Assembly: GCA_963668355.1 (NCBI GenBank)
Contig: OY764265.1
Coordinates: 2,272,001 to 2,336,000 of the forward strand
DNA length: 64,000 bases
Direction of reading: 5' to 3'
Source of the DNA: Bdellovibrionota bacterium
GTDB taxonomy: Bacteria; Bdellovibrionota_G; JALEGL01; DATDPG01
The notes beneath the pieces were generated by a model. That model had not been told where the DNA came from, made no database searches, and saw only the letters and a program-made list of their open reading frames with translations. The position numbers and the translations under genes are program-made. Below are positions 1 through 8,963 of the stretch, one piece after another (position 1 is the stretch's first letter; each line of letters starts with the position of its first letter).

Positions 1-228
1 TGTGGTCAATGGAATGGGAATGTTCGCAATTTTGAGGTGATCTTTGTTGGCTTCATAAAACTGAGAAATGTGTACTTCTAATACGCCCAATTTGAGTGCT
101 TCTTTGACAATGAAGCTTAAGTTTACCGAGGTTGGTTTTTGATCATGGGTAGGCGTTCGGTAAAGCCAGCTCATGGTGAGAAGCAAGGTGACGAAGATGA
201 TCGTAAGGTAGGTGAGGGCTTTTTTCAT
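1..228 (-). CDS. Membrane-anchored hypothetical protein, truncated by the window edge (possibly DUF4230-like)
   Basis: ATG at 228 reads MKKALTYLTIIFVTLLLTMSWLY... and stays open to position 1; N-terminal hydrophobic anchor. Confidence 0.55.
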   Translation of the reverse strand, partial: MKKALTYLTIIFVTLLLTMSWLYRTPTHDQKPTSVNLSFIVKEALKLGVLEVHISQFYEANKDHLKIANIPIPLTT

Positions 229-278
229 GGGCCTGTGGGGATTGTATCATGGGGAGGATTCATGTAGGAAGGCCCACC

Positions 279-893
279 ATGAACTTAGAATTTTCCCAAA
301 AAGCCATGGAGAAAATCTTACACTTTTTGAAGGAGTCTCAAGAGCCTTGCGCACTTCGAATTGTGGCCAATCACATCGAAGGTGAAAAGTATGGGTTCAA
401 GTTTGAATTAGAGCCACTTAGCGCACATCGTCCGGAGGATGTGGTTGTAGAGAAAGAGGGCGTCACGGTACGATTGGATGGGACGTCGGCAAAAAACGTT
501 GAAGGTGGACGGGTGGATTGGTTGGATGAATCGAATCCCGGATTTACAGTTTTGAATCTCTCTGCACCCAAGGTGGCAGAAAGTTCAGAAGAATTGGAAG
601 TTCAAGTCTACGATGCGATTAAAACCATTTTCGATCCGGAAATTCCGAGTGTGAATATCCATGATTTGGGGTTGATTTATGGAGTTTCGGTGGACGATGC
701 CAAGAATGTCAAAGTGGTCATGACATTGACGGCACCCAATTGTCCAGCAGCAGAACAATTGCCCGCTGAGGTCAAAACGAACGTTGAGAAAATTCCAGGT
801 GTGAAATCCGCAGAAGTGAAAATCACCTTCGATCCGGCTTGGACTCCGGAAAGAATGAGTGAGGCTGCCAAGCTCACACTCAATCTATTGTAA
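279..893 (+). CDS. Fe-S cluster assembly protein: degenerate A-type carrier (HesB/IscA-like) domain fused to a DUF59/SufT domain
   Basis: C-half has DPEIPSVNIHDLGLIY and MTLTAPNCPAA (DUF59 motifs); N-half LRI...EDVVVEKEGVTVRLD...RVDW...GFTVLN resembles the ATC fold; ATG 279 preferred over 249. Confidence 0.8.
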   Translation: MNLEFSQKAMEKILHFLKESQEPCALRIVANHIEGEKYGFKFELEPLSAHRPEDVVVEKEGVTVRLDGTSAKNVEGGRVDWLDESNPGFTVLNLSAPKVAESSEELEVQVYDAIKTIFDPEIPSVNIHDLGLIYGVSVDDAKNVKVVMTLTAPNCPAAEQLPAEVKTNVEKIPGVKSAEVKITFDPAWTPERMSEAAKLTLNLL

Positions 894-917
894 AACGCCC
901 TTTGTTTTCCAGCGCAC

Positions 918-1916
918 CTAGTGCGCAAAATCAATGAGCTTCTGAATGAGTTTTTCATAGCTCCATCCGTCTGCTTTTGCGGACAAAGCAAAATCTTCAT
1001 CTTTTCCGATGGCAGGGTTTGGGTTGGCTTCCAAGACGACAATTTCTCCGTTGTCGCGCAATCTCAAATCAATTCGGGCGATGGTATCCAAATTGAGGCC
1101 GTTAAAGGTTCTTTTGCAGATTCGCTGGATTTTTTTGAGGGTTTCTTGGTCCAGAGATTTGGCTGGGCCTGTTTTGATTCCCCATCGTTTTCGATAAGAC
1201 TCGTTCCACTTCGCATAGTACGTCGCGAATTTGGGTGTTCCCTCCGGAACTTTGGTGAAGAAAAGCTCTCTCGGGGGAAAAACGTGAAGTCTTTTTTGTC
1301 CCAATACGCCGACATAGAGTTCTCGTCCTTCGATGTATTCCTCGACAATCGCGTTGCATTTTAAGCTTTCATGAATGTAGCGGACCCGATCTAAGGCCCC
1401 GTCTTCATTTTCAGAAAATGAATCTTGGGAAATTCCATCGGAACCCTCCTGACCCAGGGGCTTCACAAAGGCCGGATACACGAAGCGTCTTAAGGTCCGG
1501 ATGGGCGTTTTTTTGTTGGATATGACAAATCGTGGAACACGGATGTGATGATAGGCCAGGATTTTTTTGCTTAGACCCTTGTTTTTGCAAAGCATGAGGG
1601 CACCGGGCCTTACACCTGTGTATGGAATGTTCATGAGGCGCAATACCCCTGCAATGAGGGGTTCAAAGGAACGTTCGTTGGAAAAGGACTCGATGAGGTT
1701 AAAGACCAGGTCGGGTTTGAAATGGTCGATCGCCTGAATGAGCGTACGAATATTGTCAAATAACCCAAACGGAATGACTTCGTGCCCGAGTTTGTCGAGC
1801 GTGTTGATGAGTTGGCGTTCAGTGGCCCAATCATCGGTTTTAAGATCGGCGGAAAAATCTTGATCTGCCGGGGGAGGGCTTGCCAAGTCAAACAAAAGTA
1901 AGATTCTCTTTTTCAT
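918..1916 (-). CDS. D-Ala-D-Ala ligase-like ATP-grasp protein
   Basis: FVKP..EGSDGI, EEYIEGRELYVGVLG, RIDLR, LEANPNP ATP-grasp motifs. Confidence 0.85.
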   Translation of the reverse strand: MKKRILLLFDLASPPPADQDFSADLKTDDWATERQLINTLDKLGHEVIPFGLFDNIRTLIQAIDHFKPDLVFNLIESFSNERSFEPLIAGVLRLMNIPYTGVRPGALMLCKNKGLSKKILAYHHIRVPRFVISNKKTPIRTLRRFVYPAFVKPLGQEGSDGISQDSFSENEDGALDRVRYIHESLKCNAIVEEYIEGRELYVGVLGQKRLHVFPPRELFFTKVPEGTPKFATYYAKWNESYRKRWGIKTGPAKSLDQETLKKIQRICKRTFNGLNLDTIARIDLRLRDNGEIVVLEANPNPAIGKDEDFALSAKADGWSYEKLIQKLIDFAH

Positions 1917-2938
1917 ACCGGCCTTTCAAATCTGCCTGTGAGCAGGTTTGTGGTTACAAGGCTAGTAAGAAGAACCGTGACCTCCAGTCTGGTTTGATTC
2001 GGGGTTTTTTCCAATCTCAGTTTTAAGATTTGTGAGCGGTCAATTAAAGCTTTCAGAAGCCGGTTGATGTTTACTTTCCGTTCGCGCGTCCATTTGTGGA
2101 TGGCGGAGACAATTTCTTTCCGTTCCCGGCGCAGAAACTTGGAGGCCAATTCCAGAGAAGTGTCGGAAGAATTTCCTGAAAAAATTTTCTTCAAATCTCC
2201 ATCGTAAAAATCGGGATATTCGTAAGCATATTCTTTTCGCTTTTTTTGATAGTGAGTTTTCAGTTTGGAGCGCAGCGTTTTTAAAGGGTATTCCTCTTTC
2301 CGAACTAGTTTCCTTGGAACGACTCCGGCATTTTTCTTCATCATTTCATCGATGTATTTGAGCTTTTTTAATGCTGGCCAGCCACGGTACCGATCTTCCC
2401 ACTTGGAATCCGGATCAAGCCAAACGGCAAATGTTTCCGCAAAATCCTCATCTGGATGGGATTGGGCATACCAGCGGTCCAAATGGATCACATAGCTTTT
2501 GCTGTAAGGGCGCGGATGAAATCGGTCGGGTTCATATTCTTCTCTGGGGTCGCCAAACAACTCCCTAAAGCGCTTGGTTCGGTCAAATCGAAACGCATGG
2601 CAAATGGCATGTCCGGTTTCGTGTCGGAGCAACTTTAAACATTCTTCGGGGGTGCCTCCCTCGACCTCCAGGATCATCTCCTTCTCCAGTTTTTTGAGTC
2701 GAGGATGGGCCAAGTAAAAGGGAAGGGCGATGGACGCCCAACCTTCGGGCGAAAACCATTCGTCTGAAAGATAGCAATGGGGTCTAAATCCTATTCTTCG
2801 TTCTTCGATTTCTTGGAAAAGCCGATTGACCAAGGGGTTGAGTTCGCTTTTTTCAATGCTCACACCGAGGTCGGATAGACGAACCTCCAAAAGTTCTTCA
2901 TTCGATGCGTTTGCCCATTTCGGTTCGGTTTCTTTCAT
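1913..2938 (-). CDS. Putative zinc-binding (zincin-like) metallopeptidase
   Basis: HETGH (HExxH) and YAQSHPDEDFAETFAVWL motifs; ATGA overlap with the ATP-grasp gene. Confidence 0.8.
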   Translation of the reverse strand: MKETEPKWANASNEELLEVRLSDLGVSIEKSELNPLVNRLFQEIEERRIGFRPHCYLSDEWFSPEGWASIALPFYLAHPRLKKLEKEMILEVEGGTPEECLKLLRHETGHAICHAFRFDRTKRFRELFGDPREEYEPDRFHPRPYSKSYVIHLDRWYAQSHPDEDFAETFAVWLDPDSKWEDRYRGWPALKKLKYIDEMMKKNAGVVPRKLVRKEEYPLKTLRSKLKTHYQKKRKEYAYEYPDFYDGDLKKIFSGNSSDTSLELASKFLRRERKEIVSAIHKWTRERKVNINRLLKALIDRSQILKLRLEKTPNQTRLEVTVLLTSLVTTNLLTGRFERPV

Positions 2939-5050
2939 TTACAAATGGATTCGTCTTAATCGTAACGCATTTGAAATGACCGATACAGAGCTAAGACTCA
3001 TGGCGATGCTGGCCAGCATGGGATGGAGCAAAATTCCAAACCACGGATACAAGACTCCTGCAGCGATGGGAATGCCAATTCCATTATAGATAAAGGCGAA
3101 GAAGAGGTTTTGCCGGATATTTTTCAATGTAAGGTGGCTAAGCTTTTGAGCTTTGGCGATGGCAGCCAAATCTCCCCGAATGAGTGTGATGGGAGCGGTT
3201 TCCATTGCGATATCCGTCCCTTGGCCCATGGCAATGCCCACATCGGCTTGAGCCAGCGCCGGAGCATCGTTCGTTCCATCCCCGGCCATGGCTACGATAT
3301 GTCCTTTGGCTTGGAGATCCTTCACCAGTTTATATTTGTCTTCCGGCCGACATTCAAAATGAATTTCCGTGATGCCCAATTGTTTTCCAACCTCTTCGGC
3401 GGTTTCTTTTCGATCGCCTGTGGCCATAAAGATTTCCACTCCTTGTTCTCGCAGCGATTGAATGGCGTGTGAAGAGGTTTCCTTGATGACATCCGCGAAC
3501 ATGAACGCCGATTTAAACTCAGAGTTTATCGCTCCAAGAACCATGTTTTTGCCTCCCTGTGCCCATGCTTTGAGTTCGGAAGGTGTGGGGAGTTTTGAAA
3601 CCTGGTGTTTCTTTAAAAGATCCAAACTTCCCAAGAGAAGCGACTGGTCTTGTATGACTCCTCGAATCCCTTGCCCCGGTTTGGATGAGAAATCAGAAAC
3701 CGAAAGAAACGAAGCGTTTTCTTTCTTTCGTGCAGCTTGTGCCAAAGCTTTTGCCAAGGGATGTTCACTTTGGCTCGCCAAAGAGGAAAAATGGTGGAAT
3801 GTCGATGAGGATTCGTCTCCATGAATGGAGACAAGTTCAGGTCGGCCCTCGGTCAATGTTCCGGTCTTGTCAGTGATAAGAACGTCAACCTTTTGAAAGC
3901 GTTCCAATGCCGCAGCGTCACGTGTGAGAATTCCTTCCAAAGCTCCTTTTCCCATGGCCACAGTGATTGAAACCGGAGTCGCAAGGCCCAGGGCGCAAGG
4001 ACATGCGATGATGAGCACCGACACGAAACTTAAAACGGCATAAGGAAGACTGGGTTGCGGCCCAAGCCACAGCCAGAGAACTCCCGCCAGCACGCCGATA
4101 CTCACGACGGACGGAACAAAAATGGAAGCCACGCGATCCGCCAAACGTGAAATGGGAGCTTTTGAATTCTGGGCTTCTTGGACATGTGCAATGATTCGGG
4201 AAATGAGCGTATCTTTTCCGACATGGTCAGCCCTCATGACGAAGCTTCCATCTGTTAGGAGCGTGCCTCCCAGAAGGCGCTCGTTGGGGCCTCTCTCCAT
4301 GAGCATGGTTTCTCCACTGAGCATGGACTCGTCCAGAGATCCGGCTCCCTCCAAAAGGGTCCCATCTGTGGGAATCTTTTCTCCGGGTCTTACGCGAAGA
4401 TGATCTCCCACCTGAACTTCTCCGAGCGAAACCCGATCTTCCGTCCCATCGTTTCGAATGATCGTCGCCATGGGAGGCGTTAGTTCCATGAGCTTCTCAA
4501 TGGATTGAGAGGTTTTCTGTTTGGATTTCATTTCCAGAACTTGTCCGAGGAGAACCAAAGTCGTGATGACGGCTGCGGCCTCGAAATAGACTGGAAGGGA
4601 ACCATTTTCGAGACGATAGTCAGTTGGAAAAAACTCGGGGAAAAATAGGGCTGCGAGACTGAATAAATAAGCTGCGCCGGTACCGATGCTGATGAGTGTA
4701 AACATGTCCCAATTTCGGGTTTGAAAGGACTTGAATCCCTTTTGAAAAAAGGGAAACCCAGCCCATAGTACGACCGGGGTGCTGAGAACGAGTTGCCAAA
4801 AAGGGGCTTGGTGCATCATTCCCAAGATAAACGTGGGAATTGTTAAAGGAAGGCTCAACCAAAACCGGCGTAACATGTTTCTCTGTTCAATCTCCGAGGT
4901 CGAGAGCGAATGGCAGCAGGACGCCTCACTCTCTTTCGACTTGGAGGCGCAACACGAAGACGGAGTCGGGGAGGGCATTTCTGAGCAGCAAGAAGAAGTG
5001 TTTTTCTTGGGCTCAGGCGACTTACTGTGGTTTTTGCAGCAGGAACTCAT
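2939..5050 (-). CDS. copA: Copper-translocating P1B-type ATPase
   Basis: IACPCALGLA, DKTGTLT, SEHPLA, GDGTND, YN and MSLSS motifs. Confidence 0.9.
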   Translation of the reverse strand: MSSCCKNHSKSPEPKKNTSSCCSEMPSPTPSSCCASKSKESEASCCHSLSTSEIEQRNMLRRFWLSLPLTIPTFILGMMHQAPFWQLVLSTPVVLWAGFPFFQKGFKSFQTRNWDMFTLISIGTGAAYLFSLAALFFPEFFPTDYRLENGSLPVYFEAAAVITTLVLLGQVLEMKSKQKTSQSIEKLMELTPPMATIIRNDGTEDRVSLGEVQVGDHLRVRPGEKIPTDGTLLEGAGSLDESMLSGETMLMERGPNERLLGGTLLTDGSFVMRADHVGKDTLISRIIAHVQEAQNSKAPISRLADRVASIFVPSVVSIGVLAGVLWLWLGPQPSLPYAVLSFVSVLIIACPCALGLATPVSITVAMGKGALEGILTRDAAALERFQKVDVLITDKTGTLTEGRPELVSIHGDESSSTFHHFSSLASQSEHPLAKALAQAARKKENASFLSVSDFSSKPGQGIRGVIQDQSLLLGSLDLLKKHQVSKLPTPSELKAWAQGGKNMVLGAINSEFKSAFMFADVIKETSSHAIQSLREQGVEIFMATGDRKETAEEVGKQLGITEIHFECRPEDKYKLVKDLQAKGHIVAMAGDGTNDAPALAQADVGIAMGQGTDIAMETAPITLIRGDLAAIAKAQKLSHLTLKNIRQNLFFAFIYNGIGIPIAAGVLYPWFGILLHPMLASIAMSLSSVSVISNALRLRRIHL

Positions 5051-5520
5051 CGTTTTTGTCTTCCTTTTGTGGCTCGGTCTATTTCTATATTCGATTCCCG
5101 CTGCTTGATGGTTTCACGTTTGTCGAAGCGTTTCTTTCCTTTGGCCAATCCAATTTCCAGTTTGGCCCGACCGTTCTTGAAGTACACTCTCAAGGGAACC
5201 ATGGTTAAACCTTTTTGCTGTGTTTCCATGGACCAACGACGAATCTCTTTTTTGTGTAGAAGAAGTTTTCGGGTTCGATCGGGATTTAAACTTTGAGACG
5301 CGTATTCATAGGGTTTGATGTGAACCCCTTTGAGGAACATTTCGCCACGATCCTCTAAAACATAACCTTCTTTTAAATTCACTTGCCCTTCACGAACCGA
5401 TTTGACTTCACTTCCTTTGAGTTCTAATCCAGCCTCAATTTTGTCGAGGATAAAGAAATCTCTACGTGCTTGACGGTTGTCGGCTACCACCAACACTCCT
5501 TCTTTTTTCACCGTGGACAT
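5047..5520 (-). CDS. smpB: SsrA-binding protein
   Basis: EAGLELKGSEVKSVR, RTRKLLLHKKEI, GKKRFDKRE. Confidence 0.97.
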   Translation of the reverse strand: MSTVKKEGVLVVADNRQARRDFFILDKIEAGLELKGSEVKSVREGQVNLKEGYVLEDRGEMFLKGVHIKPYEYASQSLNPDRTRKLLLHKKEIRRWSMETQQKGLTMVPLRVYFKNGRAKLEIGLAKGKKRFDKRETIKQRESNIEIDRATKGRQKR

Positions 5521-6191
5521 TAGGCGGCCGTGGTTCCCTTCTTGGATGCCACCAGACCTCCAGACATGACCAATTTGAAGGCTTCTTCAATCGTCATACT
5601 CAAAGGGACGGTTTCTTCCTTGGGGACCAAGAGATAAAAGCCGCTGGTGGGGTTTGGAGTTGTCGGGACAAAAACGTTCAGAACGGTGCTGGGAGTTTTC
5701 TCCTGAATTTCTCCTTCATTTTCTCCGACGACAAATGCGAGCGTGTAGATTCCCTTTCGAGGGTACTCAATCATGATGACGCGGCTGAATTGATTTTTGT
5801 CTCGATGAGCAAATGTTTCGACAACTTGTTTCGCAACATTATAGACAATGCGGGCCATGGGGATGCGAGCCAGAAGTCGATCACTCAATCCGAGGACGGT
5901 TCGACCCAAAAAGCCCCGACTAAAAACTCCCGTAAGAAGAACGATGATTACCGTGAAAATAAGGCCCAGACCTGGGATGTGAATCCCCAACAGAAAGTCG
6001 GGATGGAATTTCATGGGAATGAAATAAAGGAAATAACCATTCTTAATGGCCAAAACCCGATCCAAATACGTAACAAAAAAGACGAGCAGTCCAATCGTGA
6101 CGTAGATGGGGATCAAGGCGAACAACCCAAACAGGAAGTACCTTTTAAATGTGCTTCCCAATAGGCTAAAAAGTTTTTTCAAGGGTTTCAT
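5520..6191 (-). CDS. DUF502 family membrane protein
   Basis: Two TM segments, IEYPRKG, VFVPTTPNPTSG, EEAFKLVMSGG. Confidence 0.9.
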   Translation of the reverse strand: MKPLKKLFSLLGSTFKRYFLFGLFALIPIYVTIGLLVFFVTYLDRVLAIKNGYFLYFIPMKFHPDFLLGIHIPGLGLIFTVIIVLLTGVFSRGFLGRTVLGLSDRLLARIPMARIVYNVAKQVVETFAHRDKNQFSRVIMIEYPRKGIYTLAFVVGENEGEIQEKTPSTVLNVFVPTTPNPTSGFYLLVPKEETVPLSMTIEEAFKLVMSGGLVASKKGTTAA

Positions 6192-6232
6192 GTGACCTTT
6201 CTATCGTGTTCGGCCATAATATCCGCGTTTCT

Positions 6233-7261
6233 ATGGCAGGCAAGACCGTGACATATTCCCAGGCTGGCGTAAGTATCACACGAGGAGATCGATTTATAGA
6301 CGCGATCCGTCCTCATACGCGCATGACGAAGCGCCCCGAGGTCTTGGGCGGGGTGGGTGGATTCGCTTCTTTGGCTCGAATCCCCTCGGGGTATAAATCT
6401 CCGATCTTGGTAACCGCAACGGACGGTGTGGGGACGAAACTTCTTTTGGCCAAAGAATTAAAGAAGCATGACACCATCGGCGTCGATCTCGTGGCCATGT
6501 CTGTCAATGACATGGTGACGTTAGGAGCTGAACCTTTCTTGTTTCTGGACTACTTTGCGACCGGAAAGCTTTCCATCCGAGAGGGCTCCGAAGTTGTCAA
6601 AGGAGTGGCCAAAGGCTGCAAAGAAGCGGGTTGTGCGTTGGTTGGAGGTGAAACAGCCGAGATGCCGGGCCTCTACAAACCTGGTGAATACGATTTGGCT
6701 GGATTTGGTGTGGGCATTGTTGAAAAAACAAAAATTGTGGATGGTTCAAAAGCGAAAGCCGGAGATGTCGTGATCGGACTTCCATCCAGTGGCATTCATT
6801 CTAATGGTTATTCTTTGGTCCGAGCCATTTTGAAGAAAAAGCGCATACCTCTCAAGAGTCGACCGGCTCTATTAAAGGGAAAATGTTTAGGCGATGTGTT
6901 GCTTCAGCCCACCAAAATTTACGTCAAAGACATTTTGAAGCTTCAGAAATATGTAACGATTAAAGGAATGGCTCACATTACTGGAGGTGGCATTGTAGGA
7001 AACCTTCCCCGCGTGTTGCCCAAAGGTTTGAGTGCCCAGCTCAACCCAAAATCCTGGCGCGTTCCTCCGGTTTTTAAATTCCTTCAAGAACGCGGAAATG
7101 TTCCGGAAGAAGACATGTTTCGCACGTTCAATATGGGAATTGGCTATATATTGATCGTCAGTCCAAAGGATCAAAACAAAACGATGCGACTTCTTCCCAC
7201 AGCCAAACTTCTAGGCAAGCTCATCAAGAAACCCGGCCCCTCCAAAGTCATCTGGCTATAG
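6233..7261 (+). CDS. purM: Phosphoribosylformylglycinamidine cyclo-ligase (AIR synthase)
   Basis: YSQAGV, TDGVGTK, GGETAEMPG, HSNGYS, HITGGG, RTFNMGIG; ATG 6233 preferred. Confidence 0.97.
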   Translation: MAGKTVTYSQAGVSITRGDRFIDAIRPHTRMTKRPEVLGGVGGFASLARIPSGYKSPILVTATDGVGTKLLLAKELKKHDTIGVDLVAMSVNDMVTLGAEPFLFLDYFATGKLSIREGSEVVKGVAKGCKEAGCALVGGETAEMPGLYKPGEYDLAGFGVGIVEKTKIVDGSKAKAGDVVIGLPSSGIHSNGYSLVRAILKKKRIPLKSRPALLKGKCLGDVLLQPTKIYVKDILKLQKYVTIKGMAHITGGGIVGNLPRVLPKGLSAQLNPKSWRVPPVFKFLQERGNVPEEDMFRTFNMGIGYILIVSPKDQNKTMRLLPTAKLLGKLIKKPGPSKVIWL

Positions 7262-7343
7262 CGATCTAAAACGATCAAACGTGAAACGTTCACTTTTGAT
7301 AATGCAACTAAATATTCTCATGGGTTGAGGTTCACTAGGTTAA

Positions 7344-7360
7344 AAAACGACCAGCTCCTT
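7344..7360. repeat. 17-bp direct repeat, copy 1 (AAAACGACCAGCTCCTT)
   Basis: Identical to 7841..7857; both copies are preceded by CTAGGTT. Confidence 0.85.
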
Positions 7361-7383
7361 AATGGTGTCTCCTTGCCCCGCTT

Positions 7384-7678
7384 CTAGGGCAGGCGGGAGG
7401 CTTTTTTGGACAGGAGTTCCAAGTCGATAAGATCTTTGGGGCGGCCGGTGGCTTTCTTGTTCTTGACCAAGTCTTCTTTTCCGATCACGGGGACCTTGAG
7501 TTGTTTAAAGTCAAATGTCGTGTGATTCGACCAGGCTTCCTGAAAAGTTACCTCCGAAATGAACGTCACAATTGGCCCGAGGCTCCGCATGGACCGAAAC
7601 GGCAAAGGCCCCAACCACCAGGAAACGGGCTTTAGCCTCGTATAACGTTTGCAATATGTCTAGAAAGTCTTGGTTCAA
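7384..7678 (-). pseudogene. Small nucleotidyltransferase-family gene with internal deletion and frameshift
   Basis: TTG 7678 reads MNQDFLDILQTLYEAKARFLVVGAFAVSVHAEPRANCDV; the frame shifts near 7561 to ISEVTFQEAW...KNKKATGRPKDLIDLELL; the middle of the usual protein appears missing. Confidence 0.7.
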
Positions 7679-7829
7679 CGGCTTTTCCTGTTGGTATTTC
7701 CCAAAGTTGCTTAGATAGTTGCCAAGTCTGCGTAAATCGCTCCGCCGGCGTAAGTGAACTCCAAAAAGCTACATCAAATGAGTCGTCAGGGTCTTTTCCT
7801 CGAAAAACCCTCGCAGGGTGCTTAAAAAT
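7632..7829 (-). pseudogene. 5'-truncated small partner gene of the nucleotidyltransferase (antitoxin-like position)
   Basis: Reads IFKHPARVF...DVAFWSSLTPAERFTQTWQLSKQLW...EPRLSRHIANVIRG*, overlapping the NTase start; an in-frame TAG lies immediately upstream and there is no canonical start codon. Confidence 0.55.
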
Positions 7830-7840
7830 CTAGGTTCCGG

Positions 7841-7857
7841 AAAACGACCAGCTCCTT
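7841..7857. repeat. 17-bp direct repeat, copy 2
   Basis: Identical to 7344..7360. Confidence 0.85.
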
Positions 7858-7978
7858 CACCTCTAGGCCCTCTTCCTGGATGCCTTCTAGCTACTTTTCC
7901 CAATCTGGAGGCCTTATGGCTCGCACTTCCCCTCTTTAGCTCTCCTAACAGGCTATTTTCTGAGCAATGAGGGACTTA

Positions 7979-8584
7979 CTATTTTAGGATGATTCGCTCA
8001 GAACGAGAACTCAACAACCAATTTTTACATGAGAATAGGTCTGAAATCATATGGCGCAGGATTTGTTCATTGTTATTTTCGATGTTCCTATGAATGGCCT
8101 CTGGATTACGAAGGGAATCAACTCCCTCTAAAAGATCAGGTACAAAACTATATCTTCTTGATCGTTGAATTAACGTCAATCCATTCACGTCTTCATTTTG
8201 TGTGACTTCGTAAAACGAAAAGGTAACCTCTTGACCTAGAAAAAGTTGTGGTAGAGGTTTCGTCAATCTAATTCCTTTGGCAAAAGGTAGAGCAACCCTA
8301 CCAATGGGTCCAAGGTCGATGTCCAGAAGGAATTGAGCGCCCTCAGTAGCTGCCTCATTGGCTGTCAGAAATCGTTCGCTTTTCGCGTCGATTTCATACC
8401 CAAGGCGTTCTAAGAGAAATGTCAAGTAGGGAGCTTCCTCGAGGTCTTCAGAAGAAACAAGAACTAGACAGGAAAAAGGTTCGTAAGGTTCGGAAACCGA
8501 ATCTCCAGCTAGGGCCAGGTCGGATGAAAAGAAAAATAAACCAATTATAACTGTGAAAATAGCGTTAAGGATTATGGATTTCAT
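7979..8584 (-). CDS. Secreted hypothetical protein
   Basis: ATG 8584 after an AGGGAG SD; MKSIILNAIFTVIIGLFFFSSDLALA looks like a signal peptide. Confidence 0.65.
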   Translation of the reverse strand: MKSIILNAIFTVIIGLFFFSSDLALAGDSVSEPYEPFSCLVLVSSEDLEEAPYLTFLLERLGYEIDAKSERFLTANEAATEGAQFLLDIDLGPIGRVALPFAKGIRLTKPLPQLFLGQEVTFSFYEVTQNEDVNGLTLIQRSRRYSFVPDLLEGVDSLRNPEAIHRNIENNNEQILRHMISDLFSCKNWLLSSRSERIILK

Positions 8585-8637
8585 TGTTTTTCTCCCTTGC
8601 TTTCGATCTCCCAATGTCTTTCGGGTACCTATTTTAT

Positions 8638-8682
8638 TACAAAAAACATGCCTACGATCATTGTAGCAATTTCAAACAGTTA
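8638..8682 (-). promoter_or_regulatory. Possible sigma-54-like promoter with adjacent IHF-like site
   Basis: Minus strand TAGGCATGTTTTTTGTA (GG-N10-GT, non-consensus -12); TTTCAAACAGTTA at 8670..8682 is one mismatch from WATCAANNNNTTR. Confidence 0.3.
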
Positions 8683-8963
8683 GGATCTTCAAATGGGAAA
8701 GAAGGAAGGGATTTCTGAGACAGAAATTCCTCATCGCACCAAAAAAGTATGCCGGTGGAGGATTTGAGAAAACTGCGGAAAATAAACGGCTATCTTTTCG
8801 CAGTTTTACGTAATTTCCTTAGCCGAAGTCCGCTTCCGAAGAATCCTCAAAAAATGCACCTAATTAATGAGAAGGAGTCGATCCCCACATGGACGAACTT
8901 TGTTGTTTGTCGTGAATCGATTGTTAGACCGACCGCACGATCACTCGCAAAACTCACGGGTGG

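Noticed and set aside
918..1916. Calling this gene ddl or a van resistance ligase
   Set aside because: It lacks the Ddl N-terminal GGxSxE motif and has no cell-wall or van context
5466..6164. 232-aa + strand ORF, and similar long antisense ORFs over tuf, rpoB, rpoC and ribosomal protein genes
   Set aside because: Shadow frames opposite well-conserved genes, with no motifs of their own
7384..7614. 76-aa ORF as an intact gene
   Set aside because: Only the part from about 7560 is NTase-like; the real N-terminus is in another frame, so it is treated as a pseudogene
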